Program-made: the position numbers and the translations under genes | In this document: positions 12,922 to 26,988 of the stretch, piece by piece | How positions within the stretch are numbered: the stretch's first letter is position 1 | How the letters are laid out: each line of letters begins with the position of its first letter | Assembly (NCBI GenBank): GCA_951406725.2 | Contig: OX597836.1 | Coordinates: forward strand, 3,286,001 to 3,350,000 | Direction: 5' to 3' | DNA length: 64,000 bases | Origin: Octopus vulgaris | Taxonomy: Eukaryota | The notes under the pieces: generated by a model | Database searches by the model: none | The model's input: only the letters and a program-made list of their open reading frames with translations | Told to the model about the DNA's origin: nothing

Positions 12922-13858
12922 TGGAACAAAACGCAATAAAGGACAATAAAACATTCGAACAGATAGACGATACAAAGGCGGGCAGAAGGAACAGCAATTA
13001 GAAGGACAGGCAAAAACGACGGGTCGTTCGAGGCCTTCTTTCCTGAGTCAAGTATACCAGAAGACCTTACCGTTTCGGCTAATTACGCTTGAGACAGTTC
13101 GATCTGGTTGCCCCCCAAACATTCTAAGCTAAGAGCATCAGATTTGTTGGAAGAAAGCTAGCGAATGTGTACGGCAACACACATTAAATACATTAAAATA
13201 TAGGTAATTGATCGATGGGTCGATGTTCAACGTAGATATTAAATGCACAATTTTCCACTAAGTTTCAATTTGTTCTCTGTGGAAGATTTCAGAATCTGCT
13301 GTATTGTTTTCGTCCGTTTCTTTGAATCCATCTTTGGTGGAACTTGTCGAAATAGGTAACATTATGCGAAGTGCTTTGCGTTATGTTTACAGACATAGAA
13401 TGCATAAAATCCACAATCGCAACATTTTGTAATTTAAATCTGCAGCTCATGTTAGTGATTATTGAAACCGTTGCAATCGGGCACTGAATCTGAATGTGTA
13501 TACGAGATTCATCAGAATAGGATTGACCAGCAGTAGATTGCAATTTTATTAGTTGTTCTGCAACATATTAGAAACCGTGTCAGACATTGATTTTATTTTT
13601 AGATGCAGAACCTATCCTATGTTCATTTTAAAGATTACAGAAGTCATTATTTCCAAATCAAACTTATCGTTCCTTCCAAATGCATTCAACATGGAAAGAT
13701 TTCATTATCAATGACTTTTATTTGGTTTTGATGAATAAATGTATGAGATTATAAGTTATATCACAATTTGGGGCAGAGAATGAGAAAACCTATCATTTCA
13801 GAAATAAATTGACTTCGTACATAAAATTCAGTTGAATTAAGAAATAGCTTTTGCCTTT

Positions 13859-14274
13859 AGGCGTGGCTGTGTGGTAAGAAGTTCGCTTCCTGACTGACAC
13901 CATAACGTTTCGTATTCAGTCTCACTACGTGACAGCTAAGGCAAATACATTCTTGTGTAGCCTAAGGCTGAGAAAAGCTTTGTTAGTGGATTTGATAGAA
14001 GGAAACTGAAAGAAACCCGGAGTGCATATATGTGCATGTGTGTGTGTGTGTTTGTACGCTTGCATATCTGTCGCTGTGTTAGTCTCTTACCACCGCTTGA
14101 CACTTGATGTTGGTGTGTTTATATCCCTGTAACCTAGCGGTTCGGCGAAAGAACCGATCGAATAAGGACCAGACTTTAAAAAAAACAAAAGGACTTGTAT
14201 CGTTTCGTTTCACTAAAATTCTTTAAAGCAGTGCCCCAGCATGGCCGCAGTCTAATGGCTGAAACAAGTAACAG
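13859..14274 (+). mobile_element. SINE family B, full length, diverged
   Basis: Head gcgtggctgtgtggtaagaag, internal (TG)n, tail ccagcatggccgcagtctaatggctgaaac. Confidence 0.85.
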
Positions 14275-15070
14275 ATGTTTTAATTCATATCTGCTACAGA
14301 AAGTTTAATTCCTACATTTTGAATCTCTTGTTGAATCCCCTAAATTAAAGCAGCCATTTTGTTTCCTTTCAGATACAAAAAAAAAACCCGGTGATCTATC
14401 TTCAGGATAAACACACAAGCTTTGCGATAGGGAAGGTCTTTTGATGTTTACGTGAGATACCGAATATTATTGGCGACATAATACGATTCTCGGAGTTCAA
14501 CAAGAAATTTTTATTCACTATAATTTCCAGATAAATTTTTTGTAGATGTAAAGCAAAAATTTCTTTTTGTGCATATTAAATTCGTATCCAAATAACTAAG
14601 ATGATATTTCCACAGATTACTGAAAATTATGGATAAACACCTTGAATTTAGGGAGCGGATTATTTCCTATGTTAGTGAGAGAATTTAAAACAGAAAATTT
14701 AATATTCTGTAAAAGAAGAGAAATATTCCAGCTTCATGTTGGAAAAGCTGGAAATGGGAATGGTTTACTGCTTCTAACTATATCACTATTACCGTGTTTA
14801 TTCATCTGTCTATGCTGTTGTCAAAATATTTTCTTTATGAACTTTAAATATAGGATAAGAGTCGCGAGAAGATGAAGACATCCAACCAGACTCTATGTTG
14901 GATTATTTTTTACATACAAGTTGCGGCCGCCGCTGCTTCACACACACACATATGCCCGTATGTATGCCATTCTCTTTCTCTCTCTTTATGTATACATATA
15001 TATACATATGTGTGTACGCACGTGTGCATGTGTATATATATATATATATATATAATTACATAATATTATA

Positions 15071-15460
15071 CAGGGTGCATCAATTATTTGAAGACAGATT
15101 TATGTTTATAAAGAAATAGATATATAATAGCAAATAATAACTTTATCAAAAAAATGTTATGACGATAAAGATATACCTCCTTTTCTATAATGTTATTCAA
15201 TAAAGCCACCTTCAGCTTCAAGAACTGCTTCTATATAAGATCTAAATCCTCTACATGCTCGAATCGAGTGGTCCTGGTTCATTGTGGACATTTCTCTAAC
15301 TATGGCAGCTTTCAAAGAATCTTTGGTGTTATGGGCGTGTTCATTGACCTCTCTCTCAACAACGCTCCTCATGTAATAGTCCAATAGATTGAGATCTGAG
15401 GAATTAGGAGGTCAGATGTTCGGGGTTATGTGATCATGAAAATGTTCAGCCATCCATGAA
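15071..15460 (-). mobile_element. Tc1/mariner-superfamily maT-like (DD37D) transposase 3' fragment with TIR
   Basis: Minus strand WMAEHFHDHITPNI*PPNSSDLNLLDYYMRSVVEREVN...RACRGFRSYIEAVLEAEGGFIE* (cf. WPPNSPDLNPLDY); terminus TA|cagggtg at 15069-15077. Confidence 0.85.
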
Positions 15461-15504
15461 GAGGAAGCTATTTTGGAGAGAACAGTCCCAAGAGACAAAG
15501 TATT

Positions 15505-15561
<57 letters not shown>

Positions 15562-15587
15562 GGAATAGAAACACTGGGAATCGCCTT

Positions 15588-15640
15588 TTATTCTTTTATT
15601 TGTTTCAATCATTTGACTGCGGCCATGCTGGAACACTACC
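15588..15640 (-). mobile_element. SINE B / LINE-type 3' tail fragment
   Basis: Reverse complement of ccagcatggccgcagtcaaatgattgaaacaaataaaagaataaa. Confidence 0.75.
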
Positions 15641-15738
15641 TTTACGTCGTTTTGAGCACGACTTACGTTTTTTATTATTTTTTTCGCTTTACTTTTGTTC
15701 GTTTTATTTTAACTGTTTATTTATTTGCACTGACTTTC

Positions 15739-15770
<32 letters not shown>

Positions 15771-16426
15771 AACATACGTAAAGTGATAGTCATACAAAAA
15801 TATATTCATGCAAAAATGTTTCGATTAAATAACAACGAGACTTAAATAGGTATTTAGCTCGATAAATCCACTAAAGCCGGTTCCCAATATTTGCCGAAGT
15901 CAAATGACAGAAATTATGTTCATAAAAATAAAAGTATGCACGTATGTATACGAGCGTGAGAGTTGTGTGTGTTTGTGCGTGAATGTGTGTGAATATACGT
16001 GTGTGAGAGAAAAGGGACAGATAGGGATAGATCAGGCATTTATTCAAACAGATTGATGCGTAGCTGGACAAAAATATAGAGTCGCGAATTAAGTTAAATA
16101 ATCAATAGGTGAGTCAATCGGCACACACACACACACATACATACATACATACAAACAGACAGACAGGTAAATAGATAGGTAACTGGATAGATACGTACGT
16201 ACGTACGTGCGTGTGTATGTATGTATTTAGGTTGGTAGGAATATGAAAGGATAGATAGAAAGATAGATATACATTCATATACACACAAATGCAAACACAT
16301 ACATCCATATATACATACATGTATTCATACATACATGATACATACATACATGATACATACATACATTCATATATACAAACATAAACACAAATGTGTGCGT
16401 GTGTGTAAGTGTTTATAAAGAAATCA

Positions 16427-16453
16427 CTGATGAGAACCTAATAAGTTTCGAAA
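16427..16453 (+). ncRNA. Truncated hammerhead-like core
   Basis: CUGAUGA-gaac(cuaauaa)guuuc-GAAA, then runs into (CTAT)n; stems I and III missing. Confidence 0.35.
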
Positions 16454-17348
16454 ATCTATCTATCTAACTATCTATCTATTTGTTTGTCTATCAGCCTCAG
16501 GGCTGAAACATAAAAGAATTATAGAATATATATATATGTATAGATACACATACATATACACGTACACATGTGCATACACGCACACACATACCTACATATA
16601 CATACTCGTGCCATCAATCTAAATCTATGTTAACATACACTTTCTCTGCAAACAATCAATGTAAACACAGTTACTCATTGAACTCCTCCTGCTGAAATAT
16701 TTTTCTTGCGTTTATTTTTCTCTCTCATCCATCAATTATTCCAATGTTGTATTCTCGTAACACATTTTATAGTTTTCCGATAATTTTAATAAATATTCAT
16801 TAAAGATATTTTAGGGGAGCTGAGAAAAATTCCAATTTTATATATTTATTTATTTGAAATTACATTTTTAAGGGAGATTTTATTAACTTAATTACTAAAC
16901 TAGTTTCCGCTTTATTATATTTTTGCGAAACTTTTGCATTCTTGATTTATGTATAATTTTTTTTTAAGTTTGTGTTCATATATATGTATACTTATACACA
17001 TATACTCTCTCTCTCTCATATATATATATACTTATACACATATACTCTCACTCTCATATATATATATATATATATATACACACAAATACATACATATATG
17101 CATACATACACACACAACACACAAGTTATCGATTGTTCGATAATTCTGTTTCAATATTCTTGTTTAGCAAAGTTTTGGTTTTTTTAGGAGTTTTAAGGAA
17201 CCTTTTTTTTACGAAAATTCACACGAAAATGTGTGTTTAAATTTGGGGACCCAAATGAGAGTGGTTAATGGATACGCATAAAATGTATAATTATTGAATG
17301 TTAGATATATATATATATATATATGCTGTGTGTTAGATTGTGTTAATT

Positions 17349-17393
<45 letters not shown>

Positions 17394-17819
17394 CGTTGTA
17401 TAAAATGTATAACACTGATGTTGCTATGGTTTTAACAGAGTAAGAAGAGAGTGGTAGAATGTGAAGTAGATTGTGTAAATGAAAATCGGATGACGAGATA
17501 TTGAGGGAGAGGAAAACTTGTGAGAGATTTAAAGCGAGATGGAGATTATAAAGTGAGTGAATTAAACGGAAAGGGAAGGGTGTAGAAGTCGGGATTAATG
17601 TAGTGAGATGTTCAAAGAGACAGAGAGATGCTGCGAGAGGGTGTGAATGTATGTGTGTTTGTGAGAGTGAGAAAGAGAGGTGGTGAGAGCAAGAGACAGG
17701 GAGTCAGGAAGGAACATATTTTTTCAAGGAAACTCATTAAGTCTTATTGGCCTGGAATTTATTCCAGACAGAAGATAGTTGGAAGTATAAGGATAGGGAC
17801 ACAATAGAAGAAGAGATAT

Positions 17820-17820
17820 C

Positions 17821-17872
<52 letters not shown>
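17820..17872. repeat. (AGT)n microsatellite
   Basis: Directly visible. Confidence 0.95.
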
Positions 17873-18483
17873 ACGATAACACCAATAGTCGAAGTTATTA
17901 AAACAAAATCTAAGGCAAAGTCTCAAACAAAAGAACTAGAATTACCATTCTATAAGAAAATTTCCGGAAATCAACGCAGATTTCAGGAGAAACAAAAAAG
18001 GGAAAGATATTTCAGAAATTAAGGTCTCAGGAGAAAAACCACGCACAAAAAAAAACAAAAAAAACAGAACGGTAAATATTGATAAAATATACAACAAAGT
18101 GAAAATCAGATCAAATGTTTCAAACATTATGAGCTGAGATATACAAAGTTTTATGACCCTAAACCCAACGAAACTAAGCAAACCAAGTGATACTGCATAA
18201 AAGACTTAGTTTTGGAAGCATTTGAAGTGTATTAACCTCTGGTGGTGCAGTTCTAGGTTCGGTCCTAATTCACAAACTCTCGTTCGTAGACATTTCACAT
18301 GCTTTTTGAGGTCGACTATCGAGAACACTGGTTCTCAAACGGACTATATTTGGCCCTAGGCGCTCCATAGAAGATTTTGTTGTCAAACTTTCTGTGCAAC
18401 AAATTGCATTTCTACAATCGACAAAATATTTATATTTTTTTTTTATATAATTTCAAATATTTGATTATTTATCTACTGTAGCT

Positions 18484-18536
<53 letters not shown>

Positions 18537-18989
18537 TGAAAATAAGGGTAGAAAATTTGGAAAGATTTTCATACCGGTGGCTAGCAAGCATAATAAAATC
18601 AATAGACTATAAAATTTGTTTTTCCTTCTCTTTGGAATTGCTTTTATTTATTTTGAGTTTTGACTGCCTTTTCTAGCATGTAAGGTGTCCTGTCAAATGT
18701 CATGTCTTTCGTGTATAAATATTGTTTGTACAATATATATATATATACATACATACATACATACTCTGCCATTTATACCCGAAGCCATCAATGTTTGAAC
18801 AGACCAAATATCAAATCGTTTCCACTATGGCACAAAGCCGCGAACAAGGGGAGCAGCAACGTCACTATCAGTGTGTCTAGCAGTGATATCTCTATATTTC
18901 GTTTCTTCATGTTCTGCGGCACAAATGTGAGGCACGTTTGTGATACTTCAGCGCTGCATATCTCTTCAACTCGTCTACAGTGAAAACCA

Positions 18990-19255
18990 TCTCATTCTTT
19001 CTTTTCGTTTTCTTCTTCTTTTGTTTATTCGTTTTCTTCTTCTTTTGTTTATTCTTTTTCTTCTTCTCCTTCTGCTCGTTTTCTTCTGCTTCTTCCTTTT
19101 CTCCTCTTACTTTCTCACTTCTCTCTTTCATTCTTTTCTCCTTCTCCTTTTCCCCCTTCTGCTTCTTCCTTTTTTTTCTCCGTTTCTCCTCTCTCTTTTT
19201 CATCCCATTCTCCTTCTTCTTTCCCTTCTACTCCTTCTCCTCCTCCTGCCTTGCC
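18990..19255. repeat. Polypyrimidine (CTT/CT-rich) low-complexity tract
   Basis: Directly visible. Confidence 0.9.
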
Positions 19256-19767
19256 CCATTGTCTCTCTAGACCCTTTACTGCAATAATTCAGAAACGGAA
19301 CAGCATCACTCTGATTCGCCCAGAGAATTCCCTTAAAAGTACACATCACTGCCGAATACCCAGTCACTTTTACGTTAATTTCATGAGAAAATATTCAGGC
19401 GACAGAACAGCTGACCATGCAAGAGGCCAGCAGAGAATCTATTAGCAATCAGATATAACCACAACCGCATCAACAGGATGAGGACGAATATCACAAGTAC
19501 AAGCAAAAAACAACAACAACAACAACAATAACGTCAGATTGTAATATTACATGAATAAACATAAATTGTTAGAAATTCTCAACAGATATATGTTTATTTA
19601 TTAACGACAGAAGGTAATAAATTCTGGTATAAATCAGAAGACTTGAGAAATGATATGTTTAATTCATTTGCTCATTATAACATTTGATTCTTGCGTTATT
19701 CTATTCTCTTGGTTCCGTTGAGATGCTCGCGATACGGTTGGGTGTGGTTTTAGGTATGAACATAAGT

Positions 19768-19848
19768 GCGTGGCACTTGGTCGGTTACGACGACGTGGGT
19801 TCCAGTTGACCCGATCGCCGGAACAGCCTGCTCGTGAAATTAAGGTGA
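19768..19848 (-). mobile_element. 3' tail fragment of the SINE C variant seen at 37100-37442
   Basis: Reverse complement ttaatttcacgagcaggctgttccggcgatcgggtcaactggaa...gtcgtaaccgac aligns with 37370-37435. Confidence 0.7.
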
Positions 19849-20760
19849 TAGAATGATAGAATTGTAGTTGTGGGTGGGCCACTTTCTACTTACGAGTGAG
19901 CCCCCTTGTAGTTGCGGGGAGACCCCTTATAATGCTGGTGGTTCCCCTTAGTCTTCTGGCAACCAATATTTTTAGACCCAGTCCGCCTCTGCTTGTAGCT
20001 GCTTTCATTGTTATTTAAACCGAACCTATCCTTGTTTCAGCATATCAATAATCAACGCGTTCCACTCACGACCACCCCACTCTTCAGTCATAGAAAAACA
20101 TTTTAAGAATATTACCCAACATGTTCCTTGAATTCTCCTTCCTTCCCAAGCCCTATTGACTTTTAGTTACAACTGAAAACATGAGACCATTGCAAATGAC
20201 AATATTAAACCTTTTCAATTACACTTCTTATGAGGGGATTGCACGTTGTTTCTACTCATATAATTTCCCTAAATCGAATTACGTGGGTGGATGGCGAAAT
20301 ACTTTGGCCAAAGCACTTGCCCAACTTTCCACGCTCTGAGAATGAACCTAAATGTCCTTCGTACTTTGTGAAGTTCTCAATCAACCATGTCATATAATAT
20401 ATACATGTCATATACATTTCAATATACGCCATTACACACACACACACAGGCGCTACACATAACCCTATATGTATATATGTGTGTGTGTGTGTGTGTGTGC
20501 ATGTGTGTTTGTGTGTGCGTGCGTATGTAGCAAGAGATAGATAGATAATACATACACACGTGAAAGTATACATATATGTGTGTGTGTGTCTTCTGTCTGT
20601 GTGTGTCCGTGTGTATGTAACGAGATATAGATAGAATATTATCGATCGATAAATACATACATACATACATACGTAGATGAAGGTACACATGTGTGTGTGT
20701 GCACGTGTGTACTTATACCTATGTTTGCACATATATATGTATACATATGTACCAACCTGC

Positions 20761-20815
<55 letters not shown>

Positions 20816-22246
20816 TGTATGTACGAACGTACGTATGCACGCACATACATATTTACGTATGAATGTATATATATATATATATATATATATATTCATCGCT
20901 TTATATTTAGACAAAGAGATAAGAAACCTATCAATCTCCTATTCTAGAATTTATTTCCAGTCTTGTGAATTGTCGATTCCCTGAGGAATTCTCATGGCAA
21001 AAGATATTTTTCTATAAATGCCGCACACAACATTGTGACCTTTGTTACTTGTCAACCGTGAAAATGGGATACGATATCCATCAAGACCTCAGTATTTCGG
21101 CTGCCACAATATGTAAACGTGTGTGTATGTGCGCTTGTATGTGTATGTGTGCCTGTATAAACGTATGTATATGTATACATGTCTATAAATAGGATACAGA
21201 CAAAGATGCAGCCAAAAACATAATCGCAAACTCACAAACATGCGCACACACACACACACACACAAGCGCATAAACATATGTGCGTGTGTTTATATATATA
21301 TATGACAGACAGACAGATAGATCGATATATATATATATACATGCATATACACACATATACATACATACATATATATATACACACATATACACACATATAC
21401 ATACATATATATATATACATATATCTATACATATACATATACATATATATATATATACATATACATATATATATATCTATACACATATATATCTATACAT
21501 ATATATATCTATACATATATATCTATACATATATATATCTATACATATATATATCTATACATATATATATATAAATATAGAAATACATATATATCGATAG
21601 ACAGATATATAACTATATATATACACACACACACACACATATATATATACATATATATATATACACACACACATACATATGGAAACAAATGTTTACAGCT
21701 GTGTTTGCTTACGTGTGCGTTTGATTGTATATGTATATTCATACACAAAGAGGGAGAAATACACACACACAAACGAACACACATATACAAACATATACAT
21801 ACATACATATATACATACATACATACGAGAAAAATTGGCAGTAAGCCTCGAGTCTAAATTATAAGCGATGGTTTTATTAACAAACGGTAAAAACAGTAAA
21901 AAGAGAGAGAGAGAGCAAATGACCCAGATCTGAAGAATATATGACGTTCTTTAATTATATAACGCTATATATAGTGACTTCACGCCGACACAGCAGATAT
22001 TTCCTTCAATTTATTATGAGATAAATTTTAATTCTGTGATTAATGCTGTTTTATGGATTCCTGGAAGGTGAAAGACAATCAGCTTAAAGACGATTTGAAA
22101 TATGATCACATACCGTTGAGAATAGCGTAAGGTGTGCAATAAGTCCCTTAAAGTATTTTGCCATTCACTACTTTGTGGAGAACCGATCCAGTGTGTGAAG
22201 TGAATCTCCGCTGATTCGTATTTGGGTATTGTATCGTAGAGTCAAA

Positions 22247-22548
22247 TGTGGCGGTCAAATACGGGAGGAGAAACTAATATTATTGCAGCAAAAGTGACAT
22301 TGCCTTTCCCACGTAAAATATTGGTATGACGCAGCCACTATAAAGTCAGTCAATCAGCCTAGGATGGTAGGAGGTCAGTAGTTGTAGAGTCGTTGTACGA
22401 GTTCTCAGTTGAAGTCAGTGTGTGTTACGGGATATATACGAGTTCGAGTTACCGTCAAGGTAGACGTCTTAAAGTCATTGTCTTACGGAACTATCAGCGA
22501 TAGCAGAATAGACGATTCAAAGATAACAAGACACGGAATACCGCCACA
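22247..22548 (+). mobile_element. Candidate solo LTR
   Basis: Bounded by a perfect 9-bp inverted repeat TGTGGCGGT...ACCGCCACA (TG...CA); internal TATAAA 22339-22344 followed by TCAGT repeats; no clear TSD. Confidence 0.45.
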
Positions 22549-22904
22549 ACATAATAGTAGCGTCAAGAATATTACAGCGCCGACAACAACAGACAAGTGG
22601 ACGAGGATCCGCATTATAAGAAATATCATTTGAATAATACCGAATGGATTTAACAATTTAATATCCAGACGAATATTAAGGGTCGCACGTATCTGGTGTA
22701 TCTGCATTTGTTTTGTTTAATCACTTATTTACAGCGGAAAACGTTTTAAAAACTGGGATACTATTAGAGATCATTACGAAGTTTGTGAGCTGCAATACTT
22801 AAACACGCGTATACACACATACATGGATATACATATATGGATGTATACGTATATAAGTATATGAATATATATATATATATATATGCATATATATTCTTAT
22901 ATTA

Positions 22905-23035
22905 TTTTAATTGTTTGTCATTTGCACCGCGACCATGCTGGAGCACCGCCTTTAGTCGGGAAAATCTACCCCAGGATTTATTCTTTGTAAGCGCAGTACT
23001 TATCCTTTTGCCGAACCGCTAAGTTACGGGGAAAC
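22905..23035 (-). mobile_element. SINE family B, 3' half
   Basis: Reverse complement of ccccgtaacttagcggttcggcaaaag...ggcggtgctccagcatgg. Confidence 0.8.
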
Positions 23036-24052
23036 TCACTGAGAGACGTATTGTATTTTAAATCACAGCATACACTCAAAAATAGACGAAACGAAATTAC
23101 CCGGGAAGTGAAAGAGTGAGAGACATCGATATCTATTACCACACAATCCTCCACTTTATGCCTTGAAAGGAGTTTCCCTTGGACGGAGTACTGCAACTGA
23201 GGACCGTTTACTAATATGTGATGTAAATAATGTTTACAATTCTTCGCTGCCTCCAGCGAAAGTGAAGCATAGACATACCTTAAAATATTTGTTAATGCTG
23301 GAGAATTTTCAGCCAAAGCTACTGCGACTAATTTTTACAAACTCAGTTGAGAGTAGCAGATTGTGACATAAATGGTTTGGTGTTAGGGAAATTTAAAAGG
23401 ATAGCAGGTATCTTGCAACACAACAGGCCAAACCCCACAGCTTATGCATTTCTTAAAGTAAGCGATAGAATTTTAAAGCGTCTGTGGTATAGAGAACTAT
23501 GTTCTGATAAACGGGTAAACGAATCCCTTACGAACCGAAATTAAGACAGCAATAGTGTCTTAAATTTGCTCTGAGAAGGTAAAAAAAAACATAAAACAGA
23601 TAAGAATTATGTTGTAAGTTGGCAAAATGCAATTCATAGGGCATCTCAGTACTTCCATTTTCAGGAGCAAAATATTCTGAAACAGAGAAAATTGCAATGA
23701 GATGCAAGGAAATAAATGCCATAGATATCAATATTCCCTTTATATGTTCGACTTGAAATAGAGTTTATCTTTCTAAGTTTGGTTTTGGAAGTCACTGGAG
23801 GCTGCGAGAACAAAAGCAGACCAACAATAAATCTTCGCTACCTCAAACAACATGTGTCTGCGAGTTATCTGTGAAACGTGAACTTCCTTTTGGTGATCTG
23901 AACGGCCAAAGCCAATTGCGATTATTTCTATTGAACTTACTTGTAAAGAAAGGATTTATGTATCGGTTCTGGTAAAAGGTGCCAAACTTGAGTTGGGAAA
24001 AAGAACTTCGATTCTGTAGCTCAAACACAGGCATTGGTTATGCTCCGTACAT

Positions 24053-24126
<74 letters not shown>

Positions 24127-24448
24127 CAAAATAAGCAACAAGGATATTTTGATTTTTATCACGTTATTTTGAAATTGTATTGGATAATATACTAAATTCT
24201 GGTGCCTCAACTTAAGTACCATATTCATCTGAATTAAAATTTTTTACTGAACTCATCTATATGTATAACTGCTTCACCTCAACGGTAGCTGCTCTCTTTA
24301 ACATCTCAAGAAGAAACCTGGCGGAAGACAAAGGTATCTTTATATTTAAACGGTTCCTAGATAAACATCTCCACAGAATACACACACACACATGAATATA
24401 AATACATCCGTATATATACATGTACAAATATATGTGTGTGTGTGATCA

Positions 24449-24481
<33 letters not shown>

Positions 24482-24953
24482 TGTATGTATGTGCGTGTGT
24501 ATATATATATATATATATATGTATGCGTGTGTGCGTATCTATATATACATATACGAAGTTTGTTATTTCTTCCATTTCTTCCTTTGTAAATAAATAACTG
24601 TTTCGTATCGACCATTCTAGCGAACAAAAACTTGGTGAAACTTCATGGAACATCGCCGAAGTTTTTGGTGCAAGAATACAAATTGCAATGTTAAAGTGAA
24701 AATGAAAGTTAATACATGATAAACATGGAGCATAGCATTCTACCATTGTGGCTGGTAATTCCACAGATCTTTTGTGTGAGAACTAATTTGCCATCGTTGA
24801 TGATTTCTTACGCCAAAATCTATTAATAATTTACAGGAATCAACAGAGTGAAAATGCTGCCGGAGAATATTGCTGATTGGAATGTTAACCTTTGCAAATT
24901 GTTGCAACGCAAAAATATGACACACGGAATGAATATTCGCCGACGCCATAGTC

Positions 24954-24992
<39 letters not shown>

Positions 24993-25529
24993 TCCTCACA
25001 CATGTGTATGAGTGCCTGTGCGTGTCTTTGCGAGAGAAAGAGAGAGACGCGTATTCCTCTGTGACACAATGTGTTGGTCTACTTATTTCTCTGTTCCACT
25101 CTCTCTAAATTTACCATTCTCTCTTAATGTTTTCTATGTATGTATGTATGTATCTACCTATCTATCTATCTACCTATCTATCTGTCTGTCTGTGTATCTA
25201 TCTGTGTGTCTTTCTATTTCTCAGCTTGTCTGGCCGACTGTCACTGTCTTTCTGTCTGTTTATCTATCCGTCTGCTTATCTCTCTCTCTCTCTCCCTCTC
25301 TCTCTCTCTCCTTGTCTGTATGTTTGTTTTTTAGTTTGTCTGACCAACCATCACTTTGTCTTCTTGTCTATCTATCCGTCCATCTATCTATATATCTATC
25401 TGTCTATCTATCCCTTTAATTCCATGTTTCTCTGACTCTGGCCAACATTTCTCTCAACATTTCTTTCAACATTTCGTTTTTCATTTCACATGCCTATATA
25501 AACCTCTTTTCTGTCTTTCTTGCATTATT

Positions 25530-25835
25530 CTAGACTCTTCAAATGCTTTCACTCCACTCCTATGTTCTGCATCCAACTCGATCTGAAGCAAGAGTTTCTA
25601 TATCTTCTGGAACCATTCCAAGTCACTTCATAGTAGTCCTTATGCCGTCCTTAAACCTTTTTTTAGGTTTATGCCGATAGCGTTTCCCCTCTGCAAGCTC
25701 ACCATAAAACAGCTGTTTTGGCATGCGTTCATCTGCCATGCGAACAATACACCACACCATTTCAATTGGTTCCTCGTAATCATAGCTTTAATTGAGGTGA
25801 TGCCTGCAGATGCAAGGACATCTGTGTTTGGAGTA
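25530..25835 (-). mobile_element. Decayed RTE-clade LINE ORF2 C-terminal fragment
   Basis: PNTDVLASAGITSIKAMITRNQLKWCG/..RMADERMPKQLFYGELAEGKRYRHKPKKRFKDG (one frameshift). Confidence 0.85.
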
Positions 25836-26179
25836 ACTCCATACATATAATGTAATTTAGATTCAGTTGTATTAGGTACCTAAATTGAGGTACTTCGTTA
25901 GAACCAACTTATTTGCACCCTAGGACAATATTAGGTATCAAACTCTATATAGAATGTTTTCACCCGATATCCATGCAGTGTATGCAGATGGCACGTTCCA
26001 CCTTAGTGAATAGATCTGCTCTTGTTTGTTCAGACATGTACTTTATATAAAGATACTTTCCAAATACTTCCGAAGTGCAGATTCCAGGGTAGGTGAGTAA
26101 AATATAAATGAATTAACACTTATATATCACTGTTATACATTTATATAGATATAAATTATAAATATTAATGCAATATATA

Positions 26180-26344
26180 GGCGCAGGAGTGGCTGTGTGG
26201 TAAGTAGCTTGTTTACCAACCACATGGTTCCGGTTTCAGTCCCACTGCGTGGTACCTTGGGCAAGTGTCTTCTACTATAGCCTCGGGCCGACCAAAGCCT
26301 TGTGAGTGGATTTGGTAGAGGGAAACTGAAAGAAGCCCGTCGTA

Positions 26345-26382
<38 letters not shown>

Positions 26383-26574
26383 CATGTATGTTTTTATGTC
26401 TATGTTTGTCCCCCCAACATCGCTTGACAACCGATGTTGGTGTGTTTACGTCCCCGTTACTTAGCGGTTCGGCAAAAGAGACCGATACAGTAAGTACTGG
26501 GCTTACAAAGAATAAGGCGGTGCTCCAGCATGGCCGCAGTCAAATGACTGAAACAAGTAAAAGAGTAAAAGAGT
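26180..26574 (+). mobile_element. SINE family B, full length, low divergence
   Basis: tRNA-like head, CORE-like accttgggcaagtgtctt, internal (TA)n(TG)n, tail ggcggtgctccagcatggccgcagtcaaatgactgaaac plus (taaaagag)n. Confidence 0.92.
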
Positions 26575-26988
26575 ATAAGTCTTTTTCGCTGATCTTGGTT
26601 CTGTTTATGGCAGGGGCATTTGGCCCTAACTCTACAGGTATTAATGTTGCGGATATTTTAAATTTAGTCTTTTTGATAGACGAGGAACAATCAGTTTTAC
26701 GAGAACAAACGGTTTCTGAAAAGTCCGAAATTCGAGAACGAGGTTGTTCATTTCCCTGGCGTTCTTCCTAGAGGTAAGACGGAATTTTCTCTTTATGTTC
26801 GTCGACCGCACACATCTTTACGTCTATACATTCAGGGAAGCTATACCTAGTGTCGAACGAATAGAGAAACGAGACAGGCAACATTAGGAACATTCCTTTC
26901 ATCCGTGTTTCGAACGTAGGAACAAGACGCGACTTCGTTACAACAGTCGTTCCCGCAAAGCAAATTTATATATATATATATATATAAA

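Noticed and set aside
13055-13110. Minus-strand ...gccGAAACgGUAagg hammerhead-like 3' half in a dispersed-repeat-like segment
   Set aside because: No recognisable CUGANGA and stem II does not pair cleanly
18325-18420. Possible hAT-type MITE end (cactggttctcaaac...)
   Set aside because: Only one degenerate end seen; no matching TIR or 8-bp TSD
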